Assembly: GCA_017654855.1 (NCBI GenBank)
Contig: CM030336.1
Location: 868,001-932,000, forward strand
Direction of reading: 5' to 3'
DNA: 64,000 nucleotides
From: Podospora anserina
Taxonomy: Eukaryota
In this document: positions 25,027-37,753 of the stretch, in pieces
Layout of the letters: every line of letters begins with the position of its first letter
How positions within the stretch are numbered: position 1 is the first letter of the stretch
The notes under the pieces: generated by a model
Databases searched by the model: none
What the model saw: the letters and a program-made list of their open reading frames with translations, nothing else
What the model was told of the DNA's origin: nothing
Position numbers and translations under genes: made by a program

Positions 25027-26752
25027 TGGGTGGAAATTGAGAGGTTAAGTTGGTTGTGGCAAAAGGGCAGATAGGTGGAGGGTGGCGAATCTTGAAGACT
25101 AGAGGGTTTGAGGTGTTGCGTTGGTTGGTGGTGGCGGGGGAGTCAGCCTGGAGATGGTTAACATGGAAGCTGGACAGCGATGACGGGGAATGGGCTGTGC
25201 CGGGAAGAGACTTGCCATGTTGTGACTTCTATTCACTGTTCGATGATAAAATAATGTAAATGGAAAGCAGAAGCTTTCAGGTTGGTATAGTGGTAAAAAT
25301 TGCCGTGAAAGAATGATGGCCGCAAACGAATGACGGTCGTAAAAGAAATGCTGACCGTAAGAGAATAATGGCTGTAATCTGTAAAGAAAGGCTCAAGGTG
25401 GTGAATATACCTTAAGCGAGAAAACGAGAACAAGAAGAGTCACAGAAACTCACGAGGTCAGATCCAAGGCAGTTGTTGTGCTGAATCTGCAAATGTTTTC
25501 GCCGGTTGTTTTGGGTGTCGGCAGATAATAGAAGAAAATGAGTGGGCACTGACAATGCAAATACACTGGGCCTTGATGGTTGCATGTGAAGACAGGTTGC
25601 CAGTGGTAAGAGAGCATACCTAAAGGTTAGTAAGGTATCTTGGAGAACCAGGCATATATGTCCCGGATAGTACAGAGCTAATGTACCTAAATCATAGGCA
25701 CATCACTCCGAACGCTTTGCCTTCAGCTTGGAACCTAGTTGAACCGAAGATATGTGTTGATACCTACTGTCTTATCATGAGAGTCAAAATATAAGGATAC
25801 CAGAACACGATTTTACACATAACCGAACAGCCACGATTACTCCTCCCAAAGCTTCTTAGTAATCTTTCATTTAATAATACTAACACCGCTGATAACCCAT
25901 CACTTGTTCATGTACAGAGCACTCCTGCCGAAAGTCCAGTCTTAGAACCCCGAGAAGTGGCACTGACTTGGTTGTTATCTTCCTAGCTGAGCAGTTCTGA
26001 CTCTGATCTCCATGTGATTACATCTGTGTGTTTGTATCCTGCAATCGAGAGCAACATGGACTGGAACCCATGACTTTACGAATGGGTCATATTTCACGAC
26101 AGGGTGCTAGTCACTTGGTTTCCGAATCAATCCCTCACGAGCAAGTTGCACCATACCATAAGAAAGAGTATATAGCTCGCAAGTTAACGCTGTGTATCTC
26201 ATCTAATCTTTGAACGAGTAGCATCAGTAAACGAGTTACCAGTAAAGTATTTCATCAAATCGAAGGAAAAAGACACAGTGAGCCACTGGACGTACATGAA
26301 AACAACATTTGAAGACATGTGGGGTGCTCCAATATTGACTGCTATCCCATGTTGAGCTGAGTCCTCATGACATTCAACACCCAGTTGGAAGTCGGGGGCC
26401 ATCATCCTAGCATTCCAGAATAGTGAGTTTTCCCTTCTGCTGCCTTCTCCTGGCCCCCGCTAACCTTCCCCATGTGGGTTACCTACCATGAGAGCTCCAA
26501 TCACAACTTGAGGTCCCAGACGGCCTTTTTCAAATTCCATTTCCTTCCTGCCTACCTTTTGTACCATAATCACCTTCGATTGCATCGAGATTTCAGTATC
26601 ACCCATTTCAATCTCGACTCACCTGTGGCCTATCCAAAATGGTAAATGCCGGTGGTGTACCTCCACAGAATAGGTCAGTATGCGCTCATTTATCTTGAAA
26701 GGATCACCATCAAACAATTCGCGAGATCTTCGACCTTATCCTCAAGAATAAG

Positions 26753-27190
26753 ATGTCAACGCTTGACGCAGAGTCTTTGGAGCTCATGCTCGTCTTTCTA
26801 GACCATGAGTTCGAACGAATGGACAACGCCATTATCGAAGTCGAGAACGACAAAGAGCGATGTCAGGTGCAGGTTCTCGAGGGATTCTGCACCAGAAGGC
26901 CGGGTGTGGGCATCGATGAGCAGCGGATCAAGAGAACGCAGTAAGAAGTTAGAGTCCATCACCGCTTGCAACATACACTTACGTCGAAGTACAGTTTAAT
27001 ATCCTTGATGGCGCAACCGAGAGGTACCGCAAAACCGCCGAAGAAGCTAGGAAGCGGTTGGAGGAGGAAGAGAGAGCTTCGACGCAAAAAGGAAATGCTG
27101 GAGGTTGTTCACCGGATTTGCGACAAGGTAGTCAACGTCGAAAATTTGATCCATATTCTGCACAAGAAGACTCAAGACAGGAAGGCTTAA
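26753..27190 (+). pseudogene. Degraded hypothetical gene with an in-frame TAA at 26942-26944
   Basis: ORFs 26753-26944 and 26966-27190 are in the same frame and separated by a single TAA. Confidence 0.35.
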
Positions 27191-27628
27191 ATTCTCAGAC
27201 GTCCGGCATAAGACAGCAGTTGTTTGAGGGCATGGGGAGGTTTCTCCTTTTGTACAGAATACAACCAAGACAGGGAGAGGACAAGGCAGAGTGAGGCATG
27301 ATACTCAGGGATAGTTGCGAAATAGGGAAGAGATATACAACCAGTAAAATCCTGAAACCATGGCCTTGTTGTGAGCTATCCCAGTGAATGATGTCGTCGA
27401 TGTGTCGATGTTGTGCCTGAAAGGGTAAGGCGCAATGCGGGTCTGGGCCAAGCCGCATGGATCCGCGGCCAAAGTGGCGCTTTAATCCTTGACCTTTGTC
27501 TCCACCTTCCAAAGCCCCATCGCAGTCGCGTCAATCCGACGCGTTTATCAGGACCTCTCATCACTTTTTTTTGCTACGCACAGATCCAATCATCATTTTT
27601 CACTTGTGCAAATCATTCAGTCGACAAC

Positions 27629-29090
27629 ATGGCGCCAAAGAAGGTGGCAGACAAGACAATTGCCGCCGAGCTGACAAGTGTGGTCGACCAAATCTACAAT
27701 GGTCCCGACCGCGACAAGCTCTCCGTCAATTACGCCCGCGAACTGGTCGAGGAGAAACTTGGTCTGGACAAGGGCTTCTTGAAAGAGGGCCAGTGGAAGG
27801 CCAGGAGCAAAGAAATCATTCGCGCCGCTTTGGTAACTTCTCAAATCCCAGCAGACAATGATGAGGGCATTACTGACCTTGCATCTGCGATTTTAGGAAG
27901 CGCTTGAGAATGTCGAATCCGAACCTGAACCCTCCCCTCAGCCCCCGAAGCGCAAGGCGAAGCAGCAGCCAAAGAACGGTGCCCCCGCCAAGCGAGCAAA
28001 GAAAAGCCCCTCCCCCGCCCCAGAGGCAGACGTGCCTTCTGAGTCCGGCGACGTCGACGATGCCAGTGAAGCCTCGGAGCAGCCGGCCAAGAAACGGAAG
28101 CTCGCGAAGCCGTCCAAGAAGAGGAGGGTAGTTTCGGACGACGATGACGAAGCCAGCGACGCAAGCGCCAAGGAACCAGAACCTGCCAAGAAGAAAGCTC
28201 AGAAAGACAGGGAAGAGATGCCTGCAAAAGGCGATGCGACAGTCACAGCGAAGGACGATTCGAGTGAGCTCTCTGAAATTAAGAGTGTGCCGGAGAGCGC
28301 CGACAAGATTCCAGACAGCGACGACGAATTGTCCGACGTGATCGACGAACCGCCGAAAAGGAAACAAAAAGCACAAGCCAAGCCCAAGGCAGCCGAGAAG
28401 CCTAAACCTGTGGTTGTCGCAAAAGAGGATGGCAATGAGTCCTCTAGTTCCCTCTCATCTGTTATCGATGATGGACCTCCAATCAAGCGCAAGGGAAAGG
28501 GCTCCGCAGCACCGAAAGCCCCAGCAGCGCGTAAGACCAAGGCGGCAGCTACCGAGGCCTCACCGGATGAAGCTACGATCAAGCAACTGCAGGGTCAACT
28601 TTTAAAGTGCGGCGTCCGTAAAGTCTGGGCGTTTGAGTTCAAGAAAGGCGGACAGACGACACCCAAGGCCAAGATCAACCGTCTCAAGGAGATGCTTACT
28701 GAAATCGGAATGACTGGTCGCTTTTCAGAGGCCAGAGCTAAGGAGATCAAGATGCAGCGGGAGTTGATGGCTGACCTGGACGCTGTTAAGCAGTGGGACC
28801 AGACCTTTGGTGTTGCTGATGGCGGCCGGCGTTCGAGGCGAGGCGCTCCTGTCAAGAGCTTCAGGGAGCCTAGCATCAGTGGCGATGATGAGGCTGAGAA
28901 TGATGATCAGGAAGATGAAGATGGTGAGGAGAGCGACGAGGAGGTCAGCGATGCTGCCGAGTCCAGTGAGTCCAGCGATGATAATGGCGCAAGCGAGGAC
29001 AGTGAGGAGGAGGAGAAGCCAAAGAAAGGCAAGGGAAAGGGGGCCACCAAACGGAGGGCTGTATCCGATGAGGAGTGTGACTCGGACTAA
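27629..29090 (+). CDS. HIRIP3-like nuclear chromatin/histone-chaperone protein. Exons 27629-27832, 27897-29090
   Basis: DEK-C-like helical N-terminus, K/E/D/S-rich linker with NLS-like PAKKRKL, CHZ-like block (LLKCGVRKVW...LTEIGMTGRFSEARAKEIK), acidic tail. The intron restores the frame. Confidence 0.75.
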
Positions 29091-29428
29091 GTGGCAGGCA
29101 GTTTCGGGTTGATGTTGTGGGCGGTTTCTGATTGGCAATTTGATGCTTGTAGGCGTGTCTTGTGTTTGACTGTCGGCTGTTTGCTCTTAACTTTTGCATT
29201 TGTAAGATACCCTTGCAGCATGGGACGGGACTAATGTGTATATATTTTCGGGATATTTGTATCATTATTCGCTCATCCAAGAAGCTTCTAACGGCTATCT
29301 TCGTCGATCAATTTGCAGCCTTTGGCGATAATAGCACCGGGAGACTTCTGTCAACCTTCAACTGGGCGGAGCGGTACACTACATCATGACCTCTGATTCC
29401 TCGGCATAACAGCATCAAACAACTCAAA

Positions 29429-29520
29429 GTCGCTTTGGCGGAGTGGTTAACGCGCGGCCCTGCTATCCCTCAGCATAGGCCGTTTCTTCGGAAGCGTAGG
29501 TTCGAATCCTGCAGGCGACG
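29429..29520 (+). tRNA. tRNA-Ser(GCT) with a short intron (about 29466-29476)
   Basis: GTCGCTT/AGGCGAC acceptor stem, A box TGGCGGAGTGG, CGGCC/GGCCG anticodon stem with GCT, long variable arm, GGTTCGAATCC B box, downstream T-run terminator. Confidence 0.92.
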
Positions 29521-30657
29521 TCTTCTTTTTGCCCTGTTCTCCTCTTCAACTCTTCATCAACTCCACAGTTCATAATGACAACTGGCGTTGGTTGTGGTAC
29601 GTATCCACAAGGGACGATCTATTTTTGGCTTTCCGGACGACGCAATGATGTCTGGATGTCTCAAAGTCTAGGTTGAGCATATTACAACTATGAGAAACAA
29701 ATGGGGAGATCGAGTAGTGAATACAGTCTTGTACATGCTCTCAAGGTGTGAGTTACATGACGGTCTGGGAACTTTTGACACTGGCTCATCGCATGGAGAA
29801 TGGGAATGTGGGGTCTTTCATGAATCGTTTATTCTTTGGGCGATCAAGCTAAGTACGGCAACAGAACCAAGGTATATGACTGCGTTGTAGAACTGGGTAA
29901 AAGTTTAGCTGAGAATTATGAATCTGCAAGGAAAAGAAGAGGACGCACTGCTCGACGAGAGACATCTCGCTCTTCGTTCTCAGTCCTGGCTTCGATGAAG
30001 AGCCGTCGAAGATTGGGAAAGTTTGCCTGTGACCGGGTTAGAAAGGGTTGACTGAGACAAGAGCAAAACTTCGCCATACCATTTTGAGCAACAACAGATG
30101 ATATGTTACAAGACAGCGGTTGACTTAGTGAAAAATTGACAAGATAGTTTGGTTGATGTTGCCCTGGGTGTAGTCGTTGATGAGTTGCTACTGAGCCGTC
30201 AGCAGCCAATCGTCAATTGACAGGGGAGCTCTTGACCCCACATTGAGTGCAAGACACCCCACCCTCTGTGGCTGGAGCTGCCTGATTTCCTGAAACCAAG
30301 AGCTAGAGGCCTTGCCAAGCCACAACTCCAGCCTCGAACAGCGCAGCGGGACAGGGCCAGAACTTGGGAGATGCTGACGAGCACCCTGTCCACTGCATAT
30401 CGCAATCCACACCTCATTGCCGCCCACGACAAGACATCCTGGCACGCTGCCTGCTTCTCCCTCCTCAACCACCGAGAATCGCGGGCCGCCATCTACGCAC
30501 TGTCGGCGCATGTTAAGCCTCCACACCTACTGAACGGACAAATCTGTCCTTTGTCACCCCTCGACGATTGACCGCCTCTCGTCGCCTACTATCCCGTACC
30601 TTACTCCACGAACGCCCCTCGCCCCTGACGGCACCTGTCCGATCATACAGTCCAGAC

Positions 30658-33074
30658 ATGTCGAATGCCGTGAACCGGATACGCGGGGCCCTCGCGCCCC
30701 CGCGGAAGGGTGAGACGTTCGAGTTGCGCGCTGGGCTGGTTTCCCAGTATGCTCACGAGCGCAAGGAGGCAATCCAGAAGACCATCATGGCCATGACGCT
30801 TGGCAAGGATGTGTCTGCTCTGTTCCCCGATGTCCTCAAGAATATCGCAACATCGGATCTGGACCAGAAGAAGCTGGTGTACTTATACCTGATGTGAGTC
30901 TCTTTGGTGTCTTGGGCTACAAACAATGAAGGGGCTTGGACTGATAAGGAGACAGGAACTACGCCAAGTCCCACCCGGACCTGTGCATTCTCGCCGTCAA
31001 CACATTCGTACAAGACTCCGAAGACCCGAACCCCCTAATCCGAGCCCTCGCTATCCGAACAATGGGCTGCGTTCGCGTTGATAAGATGGTGGACTACATG
31101 GAGGAACCGCTGCGCAAGACCCTTAGAGACGAATCGCCCTACGTTCGCAAGACCGCTGCCATTTGCGTTGCCAAGCTTTTCGATTTGAACCCAACCATGT
31201 GCATAGAGAACGGATTTCTCGAGACTCTGCAGGAGTTGATTGGAGACCCCAACCCCATGGTGGTAGCCAACTCGGTCCAGGCGCTTTCCGAGATCAGCGA
31301 GACAGCCCCTGAAACGAGGGCCCTCATCATCACACCTGCCACCTTGAAAAAGCTTCTCATGGCGTTGAATGAGTGCACGGAATGGGGCAGAGTTACAATT
31401 CTGACGACCTTGGCCGATTATCCTGCGTCCGATGTTAAGGAGTCAGAGCACATCTGTGAAAGGGTCACCCCCCAGTTCCAACACGTCAACCCCAGCGTTG
31501 TCTTGGCTGCCGTCAAGGTTGTTTTCATCCACATGAGGATGCTCAGTCCAGAGTTGGTCAGACAATATCTCAAGAAAATGGCTCCTCCTTTAGGTTTGTG
31601 CTCCGCGGCTGCTCTGTACGTCTTCGTTTACTGACATGAATAACCCTCAGTTACCCTCGTTTCCTCCGCCCCGGAAGTCCAGTATGTTGCCCTGCGAAAT
31701 ATCGACCTTCTTTTACAAGCAAAGCCCGACATTCTCAGCAAGGAATTGAGGGTATTCTTCTGCAAATACAACGACCCCCCCTATGTCAAGCTCCAAAAAC
31801 TCGAAATCATGGTCAGGATTGCGAACGAGAAGAACTATGAGCAGCTCCTTTCGGAACTGAAGGAATATGCCTTGGAAGTGGACATGGACTTTGTGAAGAG
31901 GGCAGTCAAGGCCATTGGTCAGGTCGCCATCAAGATTGAGGCGGCCAGCGAGAAGTGCGTTGCGGCCCTTCAGGACCTGATCTCGACAAAGGTCAATTAC
32001 GTGGTCCAAGAGGTTATTGTTGTCATCAAGGACATTCTCCGGAAATATCCAGGATACGAGGGTGTCATTCCAACTCTTTGCAAGTACATCGATGAGCTGG
32101 ATGAGCCAACAGCACGCGGATCCTTGATCTGGATCGTTGGAGAGTATGCGGAAAAGATCAACAATGCGGACGAAATTCTATCAGGATTCGTTGACGTCTT
32201 TGAGGAGGAGTTTACACAGACACAGTTGCAGATTCTCACAGCTGTGGTGAAGTTGTTCCTCAAGAAGCCCAGCAACAACCAGGGCCTGGTGCAAAAGGTG
32301 CTGCAGGTGGCAACAGGGGATAGCGACAACCCGGATATTCGGGACCGCGCTTATATCTACTGGCGTCTTCTTTCGGGTGATCTCGATGTTGCCAAGGTTT
32401 GTTTTGTTTACATCCACCCTACCCCTTTTTAGGATGCGGTTCTAACGAAATTCTAGAACATCATTCTCTCGCAAAAACCAGCAATTACCACGACTGTGAC
32501 CAGCTTGCCACTAGTTCTTCTCGAGCAGCTCCTCAGCGAGCTTTCGACCCTCGCCTCTGTGTACCACAAGCCACCCGAGTCGTTCGTTGGCAAGGGGCGT
32601 TATGGTGCCGAGGCCATCCAGCGCGCTGCCATCCAAGAGCAACGGCAAAACCTGGCAGAGAACCCCATCGCTGCCTCTGTTGCCGCCGCGGCATCCAATG
32701 GCACGGCAGGCGGCTCTCAAAACAATATTGAGAACCTTCTTGACATTGACTTTGATGGCGCCGCCCCGGCTGCGGAATCCACTCCGGATCGGGTGGCTAG
32801 TCCCATGTCACCCAGTGGTCCTAGTGCGCCTCCGCCCAGCGGTGGTATGGCTGACATCATGGGCTTGTTTGATGCGCCACCGCCCACGACGACTTCGCCG
32901 GGTCCTGGGGCTGCGCCTGGTATGGGTGGGGGGATGAATGATCTGATGAGTGGCTTTGCGGGTATGGATCTTAGTGGGAATAGTGCCCCGCCACCACCCG
33001 GGCAGCAGTTGGGTCATAAGCCGGTGGAACAGAAGGCTACGAGTGGAAGTGATGATTTGCTGGGGCTGTTTTAA
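30658..33074 (+). CDS. apl2: AP-1 adaptor complex beta subunit (beta-adaptin), 4 exons
   Basis: [60 protein letters not shown], clathrin-box-like LLDIDFD. Introns near 30894-30956, 31593-31650 and 32397-32456. Confidence 0.93.
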
Positions 33075-34257
33075 GGGCTTGGAGTTGGGGGGATTGGGAA
33101 GCGGGTTTATTGTAGACGTTTGAACGGGTAATATTCTGGGTTGGAGAGTGGTGGAAAATGAATAGATGAGCCAGTTTCTGTGTGAATGTTTTGTGTGGCG
33201 TTCGATATGAACATGGTGAAGTGATCACTGATGTATAATTTTGGACAACAGTGCTCTATATTTCGGGCCCTCGTCAGCTCACCCCCTGTGTCTCACAACA
33301 TTCCCTGGAGCATGCAGGATGTTGACTGGACCCTTGAACCCTGGAATTGGACATCAGGCATCGGGAATCGACTACAACGCCAACCGATTTTCAAGTGGAA
33401 CGCGGTGTCAAGAGTCGCGACGCTGACTGCAAGCATTCGTTTCGAAGCGCTTGAGCTTTTGGCTCGCGAGCGAGGCTGGCCGCTCGCACGCCCCTTCTCG
33501 CTTCTCTTACCCAATTGCTGGCCCAGGGCCGTTCTCTCTCCCTCTAACAATGACGGAAGGGTACAACCCCTACAGCAATGCGCGTTTCATCCCGCGCTAA
33601 GAGGACATTGCCTCTTGTCTCCCGTCACTCTATCCTCTGACCAAATCTGCGCGTGACGAATTGCTTCCAGGAAGCCATGCCTCACGCGCACCCTGGCATG
33701 GCTATTCTCAGAGCGGTACGCTTAATGGAGCCAAGGCTGTGAGCAGGCGTTGCTGTGAGCAATAGCAGCGCGGGCAGGCGTATTGTTGGTTGTAAGCTGT
33801 TGTGGGGGTGTGTTTGATTTGAGGGGATTTGTGAATGGTTAACTTTCGTGTCTGAGGGAAGGGTAGTTGGATTGTGACTTGAACTTGAGCACCAACGATC
33901 AAGGGTCACAGGGTGAGGTGTGGTGTAAGAAACGTTGCAAGAGTATGAGAGATCAAGATCGATGCCCTTCCCCGAGCAAATATTTGTCTCGGAGCGGCAA
34001 GTTGACCCACGTGATTGAGAGCGAAGGTGTCGTTATGTCGGCCAATCATGCGATGCAGGTTTGTGAGTTGGGGTTGAGTGGAAGGAGCTGAGCTCGCTTT
34101 GGCAGCGTCTTGAATCCGCCCCGCCGACAGCCTGGTTGTTGCCTACCTTGCCACTCCAGTACATGATCTTGTCCATTTGGCAATTTTGAATCAACAACTC
34201 AGAAGAGAGCAAAAAATCACGGCCAGGAACACGATACCATTTCCCATCATTGTTGCC

Positions 34258-37200
34258 ATGGAGAGTACCCAGTCGACTGAATGGAGAAGCCGTAAACGAC
34301 CATACTCATCATCGGGGCCAGGCAGTGACGACGCGCCAGATCAGAATGACCAGGGTTTACCTTTGGTTCGACGACGGGTGCTTTCCGGGTCAGACTCGGA
34401 TAGCTCTGGAGAAAAGGACCGTGTTTATGACAACGACTGTGAGATGCAGGATGTGCCGGCTGAAGGGGAACCTTCAGTCCTGGCAACCTGCCTTGGCATG
34501 GTCAGCCCTGGACTTTGACGTGTTCTTGAAGGTTATACTGATTCTTTCTCCTGGCAATAGCTAGTATTAGAGCAACCGCACCTGCATCGTCTAAGTACCG
34601 AGCAGAGGGAATTTGGAGTGAGCTTCACGGGCTTCGGCAACACCTACACTATTTATTCAGAGGCGTCAGGCGAGTATTGCGGTCTTCTCGACTCGGAGGC
34701 AGCTGAATGTGTGCAGGTCCTCGAAAGAATATCTGGTCTTCAGTTTGAAGCATCTATGAATCGACGTTCCAAGAAACTCAAATTCTTGCTCTTCGGCGAT
34801 ATAGAGGAAGCTCAAGATATTGGGAATACGCTGGCATCTAGCAGCCTTTTCCTACAACACCCGAGCACGGAAGATTACCAAGGGACGAGTTACTTCAATC
34901 CTCATTATCTCACCAGACCAGGCCTCACTTTTCAGGAAGCTATTGAGACCTTGAACCAACAAGTTCACCTCAGCAAGCAGCTGACATTGACTGAGAAATC
35001 TGAAATTGCTACGGTTTTGGACCAAGCAGCTGGGCCAACAATCTTCTCCGAGGTGCAGGTCAGCAATTGTATCAAGACCGAGTTGAAACCGTGAGCCACC
35101 TTGTGACATTTGTCTTCGAATGCTGTGACTAACTGTTTGCCAGCCACCAGAAGAAGGCATTGGCTATGATGGTTGAAAAAGAGGCCGGGAATCTGTCTAA
35201 CCCACAGTTTCCCTCACTTTGGGCCGCGACCTGCATGCTTGGCACTGAAGGTGTACGAATGTGAGTCGCTGGGTTCGTGGTGGTCTGTTTGACTTGACCT
35301 CTGGCTGACCTGTGATTCAGATACCAGGATACGGTCACTACAAGTACGCTGCGGTCCGACCCCCCGGTATGCCTTGGGGGAATTCTGGCTGATGTGAGTT
35401 ACAACGTCATAAATCTGAATTTGTGCTCTAACAGATGACTTCTCAAGGATATGGGCCTTGGGAAGACTTTGACGACACTCGCTCTCATTGCTGGGTCTAT
35501 TGCAAGTGACCCTGACCCTGAACGTTCACCACGACCAAAAGCCAACAAGGGCCAGCCCTCAGCACAACCAGGCACTTTGGTGGTTGCACCCCTTTCAAGT
35601 AAGTGCGCCCTCACGGGGGTCAGAACTACTTTCTGATACGAACTAGCTTTGTCGAACTGGGAAGAGCAGATAAAAATGTAAGCATGCCTTTCCCGTATTT
35701 TCTGGACGGGGCTTACTAACAACTACACCAAAAGGCATCTTCGCCATCGTAGTGTGACATACCAAATGTACCACGGCTCATCGAGATCAAAACACCACTC
35801 GAGCCTGCCAACCTACGACATTATTCTGACCACGTATGACACTCTGAAAGCTGATATCCGGTCCAACCGGTCTTCTGGTGTGGAGAAAAGCCCTCTTCAT
35901 GATCTAGTCTGGAAAAGGATCGTCCTCGATGAGGGTAACTGGCCCACCTCTGGAGTTGCTTGCCACCAAACTTTCAACCACTAACAAGTATAACTACAGC
36001 ACACGTTATCCGCAACCCAAACTCAAAGGTACACGAGGCTGTGTGTTATCTTCGCGCGAAGCACCGCTGGTGTCTCACAGGTACCCCGATACAAAACCGA
36101 GTAGAGGATCTATGTTCGCTCCTAGGATTTCTCAGAGCTCACCCCTACGGAGAGCCTACCAAGTTTCGTACCGCAATCACGGATCTCATGGAGAATCGGG
36201 ATGTTGAAGGGTATGAGAGACTCAGCCGTTTGTTTCAGGCGGTCTCCCTACGCAGGGTCAAAGACATGGACTCCCTTGATCTCCACCTGCCCAAACGGCA
36301 CGACGTCGTTCGCCTTGTTGAGCTCGATGAGGAAGAGACCGCCCTCTACAACCTTGTCAAAAAATCCTCAGCCACCACATTCAAGGCAACTGGAACCGGT
36401 AGAGGCATCTTGCAAGTCATTCTTAGACTACGCCAAGTATCCAACCACGGGGCGGACCTGCTACCTTCCGAGATCCTAAACCGGCTGAAGACTGCTGACA
36501 TCTCAGGTCTTCCCCCCTCTATTTTCGATACCAAGAGATGTGAAGTTTGCGGGGACATTGTTGGCCAGGGAATGGAAACACCGGAGCGCTTCTTAGGTTG
36601 TGGACATCCAGTCTGTACTGCATGTCTCCCTTTGAATCGACAAGATGATGACGATTGCGACCCTATCTGTCCCATTTGCAATGACTCAGCAATGGGTAAG
36701 GTCAAGTCCAAGCCATCTGGAAGAGAACTAGCAAAGTCCTATCGCCCTTCGTCAAAGGTTCGAGCCTTGCTTGTGCAACTCGACCTTGATAAAGCAAATA
36801 TCACTACAGGCAGTGAGGATGTGCCCAAGAGGTAGGTACCGTTACAACCCCGAGACCTTTTGCGGCAAGTCTGACATTTTCACAGCGTAGTGTTTTCATG
36901 CTGGGCCAAGATGCTGGACCTGGTCGAGTTAGCGTTGCAACAAAGGGGCATTGCGTTTGTTAGAATCGATGGGACCAGGTCAGAGCAACAGCGAAGAAAG
37001 GCTCTTAAAGACTTCCGTGATACTCCATCATGTACCGTGCTCCTAGCGACGTTGGGAAGTGCAGGTGTTGGGTGAGTTTGACAGTTTCCTGCTTTCCCAT
37101 CCTCAGAGTTCTAACCACGTGTCTCTTCCAACAGGTTGAACCTCACTGCTGCTAGCCAGGTGCACATTCTCGAGCCACAATGGAATCCAATGGTGGAGAG

Positions 37201-37482
37201 GCAAGCAGTAGACCGCATTCACAGACTTGGGCAGGCTCGGGAAGTTACTTGCTTCTACTATGTTGTGGATACGAGGGGTTCTGTTGAGCAGTACGTTCGC
37301 CGTATTCGCGAATCCAAGAATGTCCTTATCAGCATGTCCATGGATGGAACAGGCAGCCTGGTCGACGAAACTTCCCTTACACCTCTGAAGGTTGGTTGTG
37401 ACTTTGGCATCAATCTCGACTTTGCTTGCTCTAACAATTCCCCTGATAGGAGTTTATGCAGGAAGTTCTTACGGACAGCTGA
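34258..37482 (+). CDS. SNF2-family ATPase/helicase with an inserted RING finger (Rad5/HLTF-like architecture), about 11 exons
   Basis: GGILAD|DMGLGKT (motif I), RIVLDE|AHVIRN (II), LTGTPIQN (III), CEVC..CGHPVCTAC..CPIC RING, GVG|LNLTAAS (V), QAVDRIHRLGQ (VI). Last exon 37450-37482 ends EFMQEVLTDS*. Confidence 0.9.
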
Positions 37483-37753
37483 AAGGTTGGGAAAAGAAGA
37501 CCGTGTGTTTCTCACCGAACTTTCATCACCTTGCACATCAAATCGGCGCTCTTAAATACACACCTGACCACAGCTGGCAGCGGTGGCAGCAAGCTGTGGC
37601 AGCCAATCATTGAAGAAAGGAGCTGGAACCCCTCACTCCTCGGGCGGCCTCAGCTCGGACTGCTGCCTCGCAGTCACCCTGTGCCAAGAACACAGCACTC
37701 TTCCTGCGGACTACTTTCTTGTCCAACTATCATGATGTACAACACAAATCGCC

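Noticed and set aside
25200-26600. Transposon or gene in the long, relatively AT-rich intergenic stretch
   Set aside because: No terminal repeats, transposase/RT motifs or convincing ORF are visible.
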